Counted from the stretch's first letter, positions 37,701 through 51,270 are shown. The stretch is 64,000 nt of DNA from Takakia lepidozioides (GCA_030704615.1 CM060731.1:2356001-2420000), one strand, 5' to 3'. Translations and numbers: made by a program. The notes: generated from the sequence alone by a model not told the origin.

Positions 37701-39012
37701 GTTAGTTCCGGAGATTATCCCACTCACAAACATTAACTGACTCCCTTTACGCAAGGCGCCAGTTTCCTGATACAACTCACAAGAGTAGTTGCCTACCTTG
37801 CAAGTCTTGGCGACCACCGCCTCCACCAAGCAGCTAATGGAATCTTCGGACAGCTCCGTGGCCGCCCGAGTCATGTACAATTGTCGGGGCTTTGTGCACT
37901 TATTGGCCATGTGCCCAGGTTCCCCACAATTAAAGCACACTCCATCGAAGGTCGCCTTCTGTCCGCCATAAGCCGCCGCACCTGATTTTTCTTTCGGAGC
38001 ACCGGGTGCCGCCTTGACGTGTGAAGGCCCTCCCTTCGATTTCCACATGCCATTGTCGCTGCGTGGCCTATCCCACTTCTTTTCCTGTCGGAAGGAGTCA
38101 CCCTCTCGCCGAGTCTTCTTGTGGTTCAGCTCCGTACGGCCTTGTCTTTCGACCCTAGGGACATCTGAGAAACATTCAGCTCTTTCAATTGCCTCGTTCA
38201 AAGTCTTAGGTGGCTTCTCCTCCAACTTCCGCCTGGCCCATGGGACCGGTCCCGCCACAAAGTTGAAGACCATTTCTGGTTCCGCCATGTCCACGACTTC
38301 GAGCAACAGCACATTGAAAGCATGAACATATCCCCGAATGTCATCCGTTTGCTTCAAATTCATTATCTTGTCCCGGGCGAGCCAGGACGCGCTGAGTGAA
38401 ACAAACTGTATTTTCATAAGTTCCTTGAACCCACTCTAGTTCAAGGTTTCTGGGTTTGGACCTTGGTTGTGAAGGCGTTTCTGCCACCATTGTTGAGCAT
38501 AGCCCCTCAAATAGGTGGGAGCCACTTCCACCCGATCCTCATCACTCAACTTGGCCGCCCGGAAGTACTGCTCTAGCTCCAAGAGCCAGGTGTTGAGTGC
38601 CTTCCGATTTTGGACGCCCTCGAAGGTGCTGGGTTCCTTAGGCTTCACCTTAAACTTTGCCTTAGTGGAAGTGGCATTAGCCGCCTTCACCACGTCTTTC
38701 AACGTCCCGCCAAACTGCGCCAACAACCCTTCCTAAAAGGCTGCTGGCATGGGAGGCATCTGTTGGTCTGCCGGAGCCCCCGGGAAGTCCTCGGGCTCCG
38801 ACTCCCCAAATTCATCCCGTTCTTGAGCGGCCTCGCTTTCAAAAGAATGAATCGCCTCCTCAAATTGCCGCTTCGGTGACACGTCGCCCCCATCGGGCTC
38901 ACCAGGATCATCATCTTTCGGGCCGTTCCACTTTGGCTTTGGCTTGCCCGACCCCATGATGAGGCCAATCTCAAGGACGATTGCGTATTGAACTCTAAGC
39001 TCTGATACCAAG

Positions 39013-39738
39013 TGTCGCGCACCTCACTTCGGTAAGCTCCTCTTCAAGTCATAGTTACTCACTTTGATACGCGCGTCTAACTCCCAAACTGGCTGCCGGG
39101 CCAACTCGGAGCTTCGGCTGCTCACCGGGACATAACGGTCCCCCTTTGCTCCTCCACAAGACCCTCTCTCAATTTGGGCCTAGTGGAAATTCCCTTTGGT
39201 TGTTAGCAGTCCGGAACAGCTCCCCACACCTTGGTCGCTTTCCGGCTCGCACGCTTACTCACTAGTTTTTGGTCACCAACGGGCTTGCACCGTTCTCGGG
39301 GTTACTACTCCCTATATATACTTCTGTGACTGTCCGCGGGGGTTTCACAAACAACCATGCCATTTTATGGCGAACCACCACGAAAACCCTCGATTCCCGG
39401 TGATGAGTCGCGGTGAGTCTTGGCCCACCCACCACAGCCCCATTGGACAGTGATGAGTCCCAAGACTCCCCACGACTCCCACCACAAGGTCTCCGCCCCC
39501 ATGGTGAGTCCTATGCCACCCCCACTAAGTCCCACTATGCTACCATCACCCCTCATGGAACCACCCCCACCACAACCCAGTGTGCGGGGCTCCACCTAGT
39601 GAGCGCCTCCGCCTCCTTAAGTGCCTTGGGCACTCAAGGGTGCTTCAGCCCCCATATCTATTGTTGTCACTGCCCCCACCACAGGGGCAGCCCCTTTTGT
39701 GTCCCGACCCCCTGCCCTCAAGGCGAAGGGCCGCGACA
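39013..39738 (-). repeat. 5' LTR of the host chromovirus
   Basis: More diverged homolog of the two nested LTRs, adjacent to a PBS. Confidence 0.92.
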
Positions 39739-39815
39739 TATGGTGCCAGATAGATGAGGGTACCCTGGGGGTACCCTCGAGGGGGGTGCACCCCGGGGGG
39801 GTGCCCCCGGGGTAT

Positions 39816-40210
39816 TTATGACAGTATCATGGGGTCGGATTCTAGTTTACATTTATTGGTGATAATAGCTGTAAGAGAATGAAGGGTTGTGAGGTGGATG
39901 GCTTGGAAACATTTGTGTATAGGGGAGATAGGGATTTGAAAGTTGTTATGCAGGTCGTTGATGCTGGCATTGTGTATGCTGCCTCTAGTACCCACCGTGA
40001 TGACGGGTAGGGGGCCGGTGTGCCAGCCTCGTCGGCTAATAGCAAGGATGAGTGGAGCATATTTCTGCCGTTTTTCCAAGATAGAGTCATGTGGGTATCG
40101 GTCGTGGCAAAATGTAAATTCGATGAAGTGGATAGTGAGTAGTGGGGATGATGTAACAGGATATGGGGCATTCATAGGTAGACCCTGTACCATTGGAATG
40201 TCTGGGCAGA
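39816..40210 (-). mobile_element. LINE C-terminal fragment with a restriction-like endonuclease motif
   Basis: PDI...IHFIEFTFCHD...KRQKYAPL...ITVGTRG. Confidence 0.7.
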
Positions 40211-40334
40211 GTCTAGCTGGGCGGGTGCATGGCCGGGAAAGACAGGAGCATAGGAGCAGCCATGGTACTCTCCGTTTTCCGTTGCACCACCATTTCTCTT
40301 CCCACCATCCGTTGTAATGAGCACGGACTACAAT

Positions 40335-40660
40335 GAAAGACACTTTCTCGCCCTTCAGGCTTCACGTTATAACTTGTCACCTTGCTGTTCAGGTCTATAT
40401 TTTCTGTCACATGAGCAATCTGATTGATTGCTTGATACAGCCTGTGTCTACAATGGGGTGTCACTGCCAATAGCTGCCCAATTGTAATCTCAGCTTTGGA
40501 CTGGCATATCACTTCAGCCAAAACCCCTTCATATCTTGCACCTGTGAAGCAGCTTGCTTCACTTCATCTTCATCTTCTTCATTTCCTTCTCAGAGTCTGT
40601 TGACTCTGTTATAGGGATATCTGTCTCCTTCTACATTTCCCTTATAGCTTCTGCCACTTC
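40335..40660 (-). pseudogene. Gypsy gag-protease linker fragment
   Basis: KAEITIGQLLAVTPHCR resembles ISLRQLLAIAPQC near 600. Confidence 0.55.
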
Positions 40661-40663
40661 CTT

Positions 40664-40825
40664 GGGGGGGTTGCAAATCCATGAGCATGAGCAGTGAGCG
40701 CATGAGCATGAGCAGTGGTTCCCGATCCTCGCCCGAACCTACACCGAACCACCTCGAAGTTGGAGGTCAGCAACCAAAACTGCCGACTTCATGCATCTTG
40801 GTAACAGTCCATGGAAATAGGAGGT
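40664..40825 (-). mobile_element. Orphan terminus related to the end of Mutator-like copy A
   Basis: GGGGGGGTTGCAAATCCATGAGCATGAGC... followed by GTCCATGGAAATAGG; compare 15928-16011. Confidence 0.5.
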
Positions 40826-42159
40826 GGAACGCCTATGACCGTGGCCTGTAGGTGAGGTGTTATAGTCACCACAGACTATAGCACCACATTCGTTATTGGG
40901 GGGTCCCTAGGGCAATGTAGGGTGTTATGGTTGCCACCAACTATATCATCCCCACTCAAAGCTGGATCTGTATAAAAATGGCAACTAACCCAGGTAGTAT
41001 TGGTTCTTTGAACTCAAGACTTTCAAAGTTAGTAAACAGAGGTATATGCACAATTCCCTTGATAGATTTGAAGAGAGCGTCTCTTTGGTGAGAGAACCCC
41101 GGACATTTTATCAGAAAATATGGCTCTTTCACTTTGTATGAGCTCTCTATCTGTGAACCCTTCTCCTTTGATTGCGTTTTGTCGGAGACGATCTGTTGGA
41201 CGCCATGGCGCAGGTACAAACGAAACAAACTAATCAAGATCAAAACTTGGGCTGGAGGAGAGATTGATTAATCCTTGGGCCCGAGAGGCATTGGCCTGCA
41301 GTATTTAAAACTTGGAGCCTCAGGATGACAGAAAAGAATTTCCCCTCTACATCTTGAATCCAGTGACTGATATTGTTGTTTTAGGCTTGTTCTTGGTCTA
41401 ATCACATATAACAGTACTTGGACCCTATTATCTGTGATTATCTGTTGTTCCAGGCCTGTTCTCTGTGTTGTTCTAGGTATGTTAGCGAATTTAAGACAAA
41501 AAAGAAAGAGGTGACAAATAGAAAACAAATAAGAAGACTTCAGCTTTGCAAGTAACTCACCTAGAGACTCCATGGAATTCGAGGAAATTATGGGTGGTTG
41601 ATACTATCAGCTACTTGTGCAAAGGGAAATTCTTTTCAGAGGCAGATATCAAGGATTACTGGACCAACTACCTAGGACAATGTGATCTACCATGGATCCT
41701 ACCATTCCTGCTACACATGCAACACTTGTCCAACCCCTACAAAATGTCAAAACGTCAACTTATAATAAGGCACCAGCTTAATTCATCCGAAACAAAGTTA
41801 GTAACCACACGTCGAAAAAAGAAAAATTAGAGATAAGTACCAACCTTCTTCAGGTTCTTTAGGTCACTCTTAGACTCAAAGGTCAAAGGTCTTGCGGGAT
41901 GTCATTTCAGATGGCTGGGATGGATGAATGTATGGCGCCGGACATTCTCTGTCGATGACCGTCGTAACGTCCACAGGGTTGTTATGTTTTCATCCATGTT
42001 TGTAGCCTAGGAAGCCATAATACTCATGTCTTTCCCCCTTCTCTCTCTCTCTCTCTCTCCCTCTTTGCCTCTCTGGCTGTGGTTGTCGTTTCATTGTGAT
42101 GTATGGCTCCAAAGACGAGATCGCAAAAGAGCGGCGGAAGTTTGCAGGGCCGTAGCGGG

Positions 42160-44800
42160 TCAGTAATGATGAATAAATACGGGCTTAGTGTATCACCTTG
42201 GATAGTGCCTCTCAGGATGGGGATAGGGGGGGGTAGAGCCATAGTAGGAGCCAGCATATTCCGTGGAACTGCCGGTATAAATATTGCCAATGAGTTGGAT
42301 GGCATCCGTTGGGTATCCCAGGTCCGTCATAATGGCAAGGAGACGCGCGTGATCTAGAGATCCGAAGGCGTTCTTGAAGTCGATGTATAGGAGATAGATG
42401 TCTTGTTTGGTAAGTCTGGCGTCTTCAAGTGCAGATAACACATATTGGATTTGGCGGATGGTACTACGTGTGGCGCGAAAGCCTTCCTGGGGGTCATTAA
42501 GAATGCGGTGGTGTTCTCCATAGCTGGAGAGCATCGTGGTTAACGTACTAGTGAAGAGTTTATATATAGTGTTGGCCAATGCTATGGGAATGGGGGGGTT
42601 GAGGGCAGGGTTGAAGATGGCTTTGTGGGCACGTTTGGGATGGTCATGTAAAAGTTTCCCGAAGGAGGTAAATTGTTTATGGTTGGCAGCAGCTTTTTGT
42701 TTAATGACATTGTATGCGGCTTTTTTTGCGTCTCTACCGACCTTGGCAAGTGCGGCAGTCCATTGTGGTAATGCCGCGGAGTTAGTAGGTGGGGGTAGGA
42801 GTGGCAGGAGGGGATGGAGTTTAAGCATGAGATACGCCGGTCCTTTACCCAGTTGTTGAGGTGGCAGGAGACGGACGAATTGGGGACAATAGTGAGGGCA
42901 CGACGTATAGTGTGGTATGTGTTAAGATGGAAAGTCCATTCCCTCTTTTGAGTACGTGTGAGGTAACCGCTGTTTTGTTTGGAACGGGTGGTTTGGGGAA
43001 TTTCTGGCAGGGCCATACATGTGGCTAAAACACAGGTTGTTGCTAGTTGTAAGATGGATGTGAGAGAGTGCTCGGCTTCAAGCCAAGTGGCCTCTGGATT
43101 GGGAGAGGTTGAGGTTGGATAAGGTGTATGCGAATTTGTTTATGAGGGGGGATGCGGCGAGATGAAAGTGGGATTTGAATGCGGCTATATTACGTTGGGG
43201 TAGAGGCGAGAGGAGGCGTGGTTGAGGAGGTGGTAAGTGTACCTCTGGGACGGGTCGGAAAGGGATAAGCGAAGGGGGGAGGGAAAGGGAAAGAGGGTAG
43301 TGGTCAGAGTTGCATAGACTATCAATGTGAACGTGGCTCATGAGATATACGGGGATGGCCTCACTAGATCGGATGTAGAATCCGTCAATGAGGCTTAGTG
43401 ATGAGTAGTTAAGGCCTCCTTGCCTTGAATAGTGATGGTCCAAGGGGATGTATTTGAGGTGATGTTGGGATGTGAACCTGGCCCAGTCATGGTCAGCTTG
43501 GGAGGGGGGTTTATGGGTGCTGTTGTAAGTGTGACCTAGAAGTGCAATGTCTCTGTTGAAGTCTCATGCTAATATGATATGATGGTGTTGGTGGTCTGGA
43601 GTAGTAACGACAGTGGATATGGTGTGTAGGATTTCAGGTATAAATAGTAGGTCTTATGTATGAGATGGCATGTATAGGTGGATGAGGAGAATAGTGAGGA
43701 GCGCCGATGGGTGCAACTGTACAATCTGGAGATGGGTTTTGAGATGGCCGGGGATAGGGACTTTAGTGGTGGTACTAGGTGAGTGGTGGGATCGTAGGAT
43801 ACCGAATGCAACACCTCCTCTAGTGGGTTTATAGGGAATAGAGCGTCTAAGGAGGCACTGTGAAGCCGTGGGTGGGTTACTATATAACAAGTAGTAGTCT
43901 GGAAGGAGTTTGTTTATGTAGGAGCTATGGGTGTAATTAGTGTGTAGTTTGGTTTCTTGTAGGAGTATGATGTGGGCAGTAGTGTCGGTGATGAGATGAA
44001 TAAGACTTTGGGTACTTGTGGCAAGAGAGCCTACGTTCCAGGAGGTTATTATGAAGGAGCTAGAATGATTGTCAGGCACATGGTTGGTGGTGTGAGGTGG
44101 GGTGGGTGTGGGAGGGGGCAGCAAAGGGACTCGTAGTGGAGAGAACCCCGGTAGGGGGGTAATAGCCTTGAGTGTGGCTACCAGTATGTCTTTGGAGAGG
44201 AAGGGAAATTTGTTAATGGTGTCAAGGGGGTCGGGGTCGGGGGTGGTGAGGGTGGCTAAATGATCGTCCAAAATTTTATGAACGGTACCCGGCTGGGATT
44301 GTAGCAAGTTGAGGGATGAGTGAAGCATGGAGAGCTGGTGTGGGGGGGCTAGGTAGTTGTGAGGTAGTGGTGGGAGGCTTTTTAATTGCTGAAGAAGGGT
44401 GCGCAGTGAGGAAAGAGAGTGGGAGTGGAGAAAACCATTACAGGTATCGGGCAGAGGTGAGATAAGGGTGATAAGGGTGAAGAGGAGGTGGTTTTGTGGA
44501 AAGGTTTGGAGTTTTTGCAAGGCTCTAGAGAGGGAGAGATGTGGCTGTAGTTGTTCATGAGTGATAGAGTGTTTGGTTGAAAGAATAATGCATTTCTTTC
44601 CTGTGCGCTGTGGGGAGTTGTTTGATAATTTCACTGATGGTGGGTGGCCCAGGGTTTGGATGTACGTCACCGCATCTAAGGAGTAGGAGGGCTGAGCAGG
44701 TATCCATGTATGCATTGTTCGGATTGGGGGGGTGATGGTAATAGTGTTTGGACTTGTCCGGGCGGATGGACATCGGTCCCGGGGGTCACAAGTTAAGAGG
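42160..44800 (-). mobile_element. Degenerate LINE: 2A-like peptide, APE endonuclease, RT
   Basis: LLLLRCGDVHPNPGP; SWNVGSL..LQETKL; SDHYP; PIALANTIYKLFT, QEGFR, YIDFKNAFGS and QGDTLSPYLF. Confidence 0.9.
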
Positions 44801-45254
44801 TGGAACTGGGCTATTTGAAGTAATGGGGTTTTGTGCATGGGAGGAGTATGGAGCGTGGGTAGAAGAGGTAGAAAGAAGTGGGGAGAAGGGGGTGGAGGAG
44901 TGGGGAAGCAAGAAGGGTGGGTGGATGACGTGTGCTGGGTGGGAGGCATGGGGGCTAGGGTCCCCAGCCGGGGGTAGGTGTTGCATGGGCATGGGGGTTG
45001 TATTTAGCGTTGCGGGGGCGTGGGTTGGATGAATGGGTGGGCATGGGTGAACGTGGTATGGATGAGAGGATCTGTGATGATGTACGATGAGAGAGGAAGG
45101 GGGTATGTGGATTGGATGGGGAAGAGTGGGTGGGTGTGTGGATGAAAGACATCGAACCTTGCAGCGCATAGGGATGAACGTGGCAGCAACTTGAGCAGGA
45201 AGGGACGTGGATGAGAACATTCATGATGGGTCAAGGTGACGGTTATAGTTAAAA

Positions 45255-45520
45255 GCGCTTGAAAGAGAACTGGAGAGTGATGGATGATAATCACTTGAAA
45301 GAGAGCAGGAGAATGATGGATCACAATCACTTGGAAAAGAGCTGGAGAGTGATGGATGATATTCACTTGAAAGAGAGCTGAAGAATGGTGGATGATAATC
45401 ACTTGAAAGTGAGCTGGAGAATGATGGATGATTGAAAGAGAGCTAGAAAATGATCGATGATGATCACTTGAAAGAGAGCTGGAAAATGATTGATGATAAT
45501 CATTTGAAAGAGCTTGTAAA
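45255..45520. repeat. Minisatellite, about 37-40 bp unit
   Basis: GAAAGAGAGCTGGAGARTGATGGATGATAATCACTT repeated about 7 times. Confidence 0.85.
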
Positions 45521-45599
45521 AGAGAATGGTAATGTTCTGAGTGATAGTAAATGAGTGAATCCAGGAGTGATAGTAAATGATGTGAGTAGCAACAAAATG

Positions 45600-45740
45600 A
45601 GGTAGCATTTTCCCAGGGTAACATTCTCCCAAGGTAACATTTTCCCAAGGTAGCATTTTTCCAAGGTAGCAATTTGCCCAGGTAACAATTTGCCAAGGTA
45701 GCACTTTCCCAAGGTAGCATCTTCCCAAGGTAGCATCTTC
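45600..45740. repeat. Minisatellite, about 16-17 bp unit
   Basis: CCAAGGTAGCATTTTC repeated about 8 times. Confidence 0.85.
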
Positions 45741-46699
45741 GCAAGCTAGCCAGTAGCTCCGAATATCTTGTAAAAGAAAGTGGTAGTGTATTGAGTGGCA
45801 CTCGTTCAAGAAATAACATATATGAGAATCGAGTAGGAACGCGGAGTAAAAATGATTGTGTAAAATTGTGTGGGGAGAGTAACGACTGTATAAGATTGTT
45901 TGAAATAGAGAGAGCCAATGAGCCCAAGTAGCTTGGGGAACTTGTGGAAGAGAACTTGGAAGTAGTGGGTAGTAATCACTTGAAAGATAGCCTGTAAGAG
46001 AGCTTTGAAAGTTAGTACATGAATCATTTTGAAGGTAGCACTTACTTGTAACTGGTACATGGAATACAGGGAGTGGAGCATTATCATATAACTGAAAGGA
46101 GAATTGCATGCTGGTCAGACATAGTCTAAGGCTGATGCGACAGTAAATAAGAGGTTGAGAGCAGAGAGTCCATATGTGAGGAGGCCAAGTGTAATAAGGT
46201 TGAGGTGGGCATGAGCTAATAGAGCCAGGAGATGTTTCCAGTTGAGTGAGATTAAAAGCATCAGGCTTGATAAACAACGGATATGTAGGAAGATCAAATA
46301 CCCACAATATAGAAGAGGAGTCAAGGGGTGTACTGAAAGGCGATACGGGCAAGAAACATATAGATGAGACGAGGTGGTTACCTGTCCTGAGGCTATGCTT
46401 CCGTTGAAAGAGATATAGAGGTCTTGTGTCTAGAGAGTTAAGTTGTGATACCATGGATGGTGGTTGACATGAGGCTTTTGTCGGGAGTTCTGGTCCTGAG
46501 ATTTAGAGTACTCTTGGGGTTTGTGCATTTGATCCTGTTGGACATTGGCATACCACTTGAGATCGGGGATCAGTCTAGAGCACAGCAGCTGCATATCAAC
46601 TAGTAAAGATAGCTTCATGCAAGTGATGCTAGACCCTTTTAACAGAAAGAGATAAGGGGATAACCGAAGATGGAGGGAAGTGTAGGTGTGCTCCCTGTG

Positions 46700-49600
46700 A
46701 CTTAAAGGGGTTGTCCAGCAGCATTGGGTAGTGTCGAGATTGAAGAGGAAAAGCTTGAAGGGCCTGCTTTTGGCTGACATAGTAGCAGCACTCCATGAAC
46801 CCACATCTTGTCGAGCTATATTGTCGAACATTAGACGTGCCTCCTTTATACTTTCGCAGTTAGCATATATATCAACACGGGCAGTTTCCAGATTAATAGA
46901 TGTTTGTATAAGTCTAGCTTTCACGAGGTTGACATGAACCTCTTTGCCCTCCTCCAGGATCCCTAGGTTGGCACACGCGTTAGGGACACCACTCATGTCA
47001 CTGTTCTTTGCACCAGCATGGCATGCCACCATACATAACTGCCCAGATTCATTTCTCCACAAGCCTTCCATTGCAAGAGTCTCAAGATTCGACAGTTTGA
47101 AGTAGAAAGGTTCTTCCACATTCCGCCGGCTGGTGAGGTCTATCTTCACAGTTGGTCTAGTCAGCCACCTAGCAACTTCTGCTGGTTCGGCTTCTGTCGC
47201 AGGGGTAACCACATCAGCTAAGTCTCCTCTTGTGTGTGCATGTGTCGCAGTGAACACCAAGGGTTGCTGCAGCAGGTGGCAGGGATGGCATAATGGCCTG
47301 CTGTACACTCAAAGAGATCCACTGCAGAAAGGGGGCAAGCGCCCCTGCTTGATTTCTTTCCATCAGTGTCGTACCTTTAAAGTTTATACAGTGCTGGCAG
47401 GGAGAGAGAATGGAGAGAATGCACCTAGGGTTGCAACATGAAGTCCAAAGCTGCAGATTGAGAATGTCGAGCGGAGGCCATGCGCCGGGTGCATAAGGAG
47501 CACTCATGTCGCTGATTTTTGCCTTTGTAGTATGCACCCACACTTCCTTCTTGTTGATTTGAACTTTTAACTTCAATACATGCTCCTTTTTTGAGGGCAG
47601 ATCAGTCGCATTCAGGCCTGCAATCTGTTGTGATTGAATTCTGCTTACCTCTGAGCCAATCTCAGAGGGAATCCACGAAAAGCTCGTATTCAGATGCCAC
47701 CCTTGTAATCGCAGGGTATGCTGCGGCATAGGCACTGGCTCGCCTATTTGACCAAGAGAGCGGGGGATCAATGTGGTGTTCTCGTGATCTTGGTGCGGGG
47801 AACAGCCTTTGTAGCTTCGTGGCGTCATAAAAGGAGGCAGCGTACCACCTTCATGCCCAAGGATGTGGGTGTTGCACATTTTTCACTTGGAGAGGGTGTC
47901 ACAGCGGGGGGAACCAGAAGGTCGTCATGGGTATAGAGGGCGGCATCTGGAGGCTGAGGGATGACCTGTCCATGCCTTTGCACACCTGGCATGCAGGTCA
48001 GATTAGAGACATCATTATGAGAGCCTGAAGAGAGACTTACATGGATCAGGGTGAGTGGCCGTAGACCAGAGTTCCTGACTTCATTCAGCATAACACCATG
48101 AGCAAGCAGCTCCCCCAGCAGCCTGTTGTGGACGAGCATGTCAGATGTAAGTGATTCAAACACGGCTCGCCAATGAGGTGATGTCTTGAGAGCCTCGATA
48201 CCACAACCATGTTCAGCAGAGATGGGGAAGTAGTCCCAAAACCCCACCACCACAAGCACCTGCTCCAGGCGTCCACCACCCTTAGGACCAGTGAAGAAGG
48301 GCGAGAATGAGTCTTGGCTTGCTTCAAGAACCTTGGGAGCCGTCTTGACGGGCTTGAAAGTTCTGTACGCCTATGAGGGTTGAAAGAACTAGAGTGGTTG
48401 AGAGGCCACATGCTGGAAATGGTACCTTCCATAATGCTGCGTTGCTTGAGATATAAAGCTGCTCGAATGTGGGTGCAGATTTTGAAATCATAATCGCTGC
48501 TCTTTGCACTAGCCTGGTAAGCCACCATGTAGATCTGTCCAGACTCATTCCTCCCGGAGCCTTCCATTGCAGGAGTGTGCCCATTCAAGCCAGACAGTAC
48601 CTGCTCGGTTTGCCTTGAGTGGGGGCCATGAGATTTGCAAAGAGCCATATCCAGCAATCTGCCCTTGAAGTTGCATGTCTCCACCACTGGTCGTGCTGGG
48701 GGCTGACTAATTCCTACCACGCTTGCCCTGCTCAATTGCTCACTGGATGCCAAGAGCACCGGGGCCACGGGCTGCAGCTGGAGATCAGTTTCACGGGAAG
48801 CCTTACTCTTGTCAAATACCCTGGGAGCATAAAAAATTGACAATCTTCTTGGAGGCATGCAAATAACTCTTGCGCAGCTCTTGTGGGCAAAAGGGGCTGC
48901 CTGGGAGTGAAGAGAGAAGCAGTGGGTTTTCCAGTCCCCACAGAGAAGCTTCGGATGTGATTTGAGGTTCGCTCTCCAGTGTTCGCTTTTTCTGTAGTTG
49001 GGAATCTGGCTAATCTGGTTGGTGAGCACACAGTCCTCTCCTGGCGGTGCTTGTTGACACTCTGTTTGGAAACCTGAACACCAACCACTTTCCCTGACTT
49101 GGTGCCTCCTCTAATCTTCCAGCTCAGTCTAAACGACCAAATAAGCCAGGACATTGCGGCATTTATCACCTCTTTGTGGTCAACTTGTTCTGGAGTCTCT
49201 CTCTGTGGGTAGTCTGGATCATTTTCGTAAGTACCTTGCATACGTGAGTGTGAAGTATTCTCGTTGCAAAGTCCAGCTGTGAGAGCCCCTGCAGTATACA
49301 CATAATCTGCGAATGGTTCTAACTGCGATGACACAACGGTAGGGTCGAGATAGTGGTTGTCACCAAGAGCTGCAGTGCTGGTAATTTGGCCATGGCTGGC
49401 CTGGGTGGTGAGAGAATACCGACCCGGTGAGGGTACTGCAGCTGCACCATAGCGTCGCCAGCCTTAGCGGTCTGGGTATATTCATGGGGGACAGAATCAC
49501 CTGGGAGAGAGAGGGCTTCAGCTATCTGCAGGATGATGTCCAAATCCACATGCCCGCAAGAAGATGTGCCCTCACTGATGGCAGTGACTTTGCAAGCGAA

Positions 49601-51052
49601 AAAGTCCGTCAGAAGCTCTGGCAGCCTAATTCGCAGAAGAGATGGAGGAAGATTTGAGGCCGCATCCCGGCGACTATCCACCACGGCCAGCAGTAACTCT
49701 GTGCTCTGTTCGAGAAGAGGGGCATTCATGGTATTAGCTGCCATCCACATGATGCGCTCCAAAATCATCTCGGCTTTTAAGGTAACAGCCCATGTGCTTG
49801 CAAAGTCACTGTGGAGACCTCTGCTTGAATTAGCACCATCATAATCAAGTAGTTTCACCAGCTGCCTGCATAGTCTTTTGTCAGGCGGTGGGGCTAGAGA
49901 GCCGTGTGTAGGGAAGCGTCTGCTCGTCCTCAATCAAACAGCCTTCCAAGAATATCCTGTGCGGCCAGCGAGCTCGAAGTATGGGCACAGAGAATTCTGG
50001 GTGGTGCGGCAGGTGTTCGGGAGTGTGTCGACGTGAGCGTTCGGGGTGAAACCTGGGCCACGAGTACCACTCCTGGTGTGGTGATGTCCTTGGGGGTGAT
50101 GTAATCTGGGGAAAAGTGGCCGAGCTTGTGCCATACTCCCATTAACACCGCTCTTTGAACCACCTGCATTCTTAGTCAATTGCACATCTTCAAACGAGAA
50201 TGTTGTCAGAAGTGACGGTGTCATGGGCTCCTCTTTGCATAGGTAAGAGGGACCGAGATCCTTGGGGATCATGCAAGCTCCGAAAGCTCCAAAAAGCTTG
50301 AAACTCCCAAGAGTCCCAAGGGGTGTTTTGTGTAGGTGCTTATGAGTGTCCAACGGCGTTGAAAGGCTTCGCAGTGAGAGGAGCATTCGAGAGGTGAGTC
50401 TGTGCAACGGCGGTGGCAGTTCACTGTAATCTGCACAAGCCAAAAGCAGCTCAAGCAGCTCGCAGCAAAAACCTGGCGCCGTCGGCAGCCTGTACTTGTG
50501 GTCTTGGAGAGCTCCAGCTTCAAAAACGCGACAGTATAGTAGCTCCGTGTATCGACAGTGCAGCAGCATGCCGCTCTCGGTGTCATTCTGCCCAAAGTTG
50601 CAGGCATTGCTGTGCAAAAGCTCGAGTAGGGTCGCCTGGGCCCAATGCGGGCTGTGAGCTTGCGAGAGGGAGCACAAAATGCGCACATAAGGGTAGGGGT
50701 GACAGTGGACAGCATCAGAGCCACTCGGCGGGTGGCTGCTTCTGCCGTTGTTGCATAATAACTTGAACGGAGGGACTTGAGGCCGCACATGACGATATTC
50801 CTGCGCGGGGTCTCCTTGAAGATGCCGGGATGGGAGAAGGAAATGCACTGGGATCGCAGCTGGAGCGAGCTGGCTGTTGGCCTCCCCGATATGAGAAAAC
50901 CGTGAAAACACAAAGATATGGAACCAAACGAAAGCTGTTGTGAAATAGCCTAAACTGAGCCTGGAAGGAGGTTGAGCTTTCTAGGCTGGTAGAGAAGAGC
51001 ATGGCGGTGGGGCAGTTGCGGAGCAACGTAGTGAGCAGCAGTCCCCGCCATG
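46700..51052 (-). pseudogene. Mosaic of host-gene fragments (DUF2921-like twice, PLS-PPR, SAAL1/ARM-like)
   Basis: TLAMEGLWRNESGQLCMVAC and a second copy PAMEGSGRNESGQIYMVA...KQRSIMEGTISS; ACANLGILEEGKEVH...VDIYANCESIKEARLMFD..DVGSWSA; ILERIMWMAANTMNAPLLEQSTELLLAVVDS. Confidence 0.6.
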
Positions 51053-51270
51053 GCGGCAACCAGAGCTAAAACTTAAGCAGAGGCCAAAAGCCCAGCCCCT
51101 TCTGAGGCCTAGTTTTTGGGCAAATCACACACAGCAGATTAATGCTTGTGTGAAGGGATTTCTAGAGGATATCTGGAAAACCCGGATTAATTCTATATAT
51201 ATAGGTAAGTCTTACTACCAACGTCAGCCCCTGACAGACGTAGGATCTGTCCCTTTTGTTTACCCAAGAG

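Larger units (their letters stand above)
27386..39738 (-). mobile_element. Chromovirus (Ty3/Gypsy) host copy: 5' LTR, gag-pol and 3'-truncated chromodomain, interrupted by a nested copy
   Basis: LTR at 39013-39738; gag-pol runs 38990 to 34772, resumes at 27650 and is cut within YLVKWKGY. Confidence 0.9.

Noticed and set aside
27656-39738. Tandem element sharing a central LTR
   Set aside because: The GAAAG TSD and the resumed integrase at 27650 show a nested insertion.
40960-41880. Possible L1-type LINE C-terminal remnant
   Set aside because: The resemblance is only vague and no diagnostic motif was found.
45004-46454. 307-aa and 351-aa ORFs
   Set aside because: They are built from minisatellites and low-complexity sequence with no domain motifs.
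49100-49320. Possible GH19 chitinase fragment in the mosaic
   Set aside because: The similarity is too weak to support a call.
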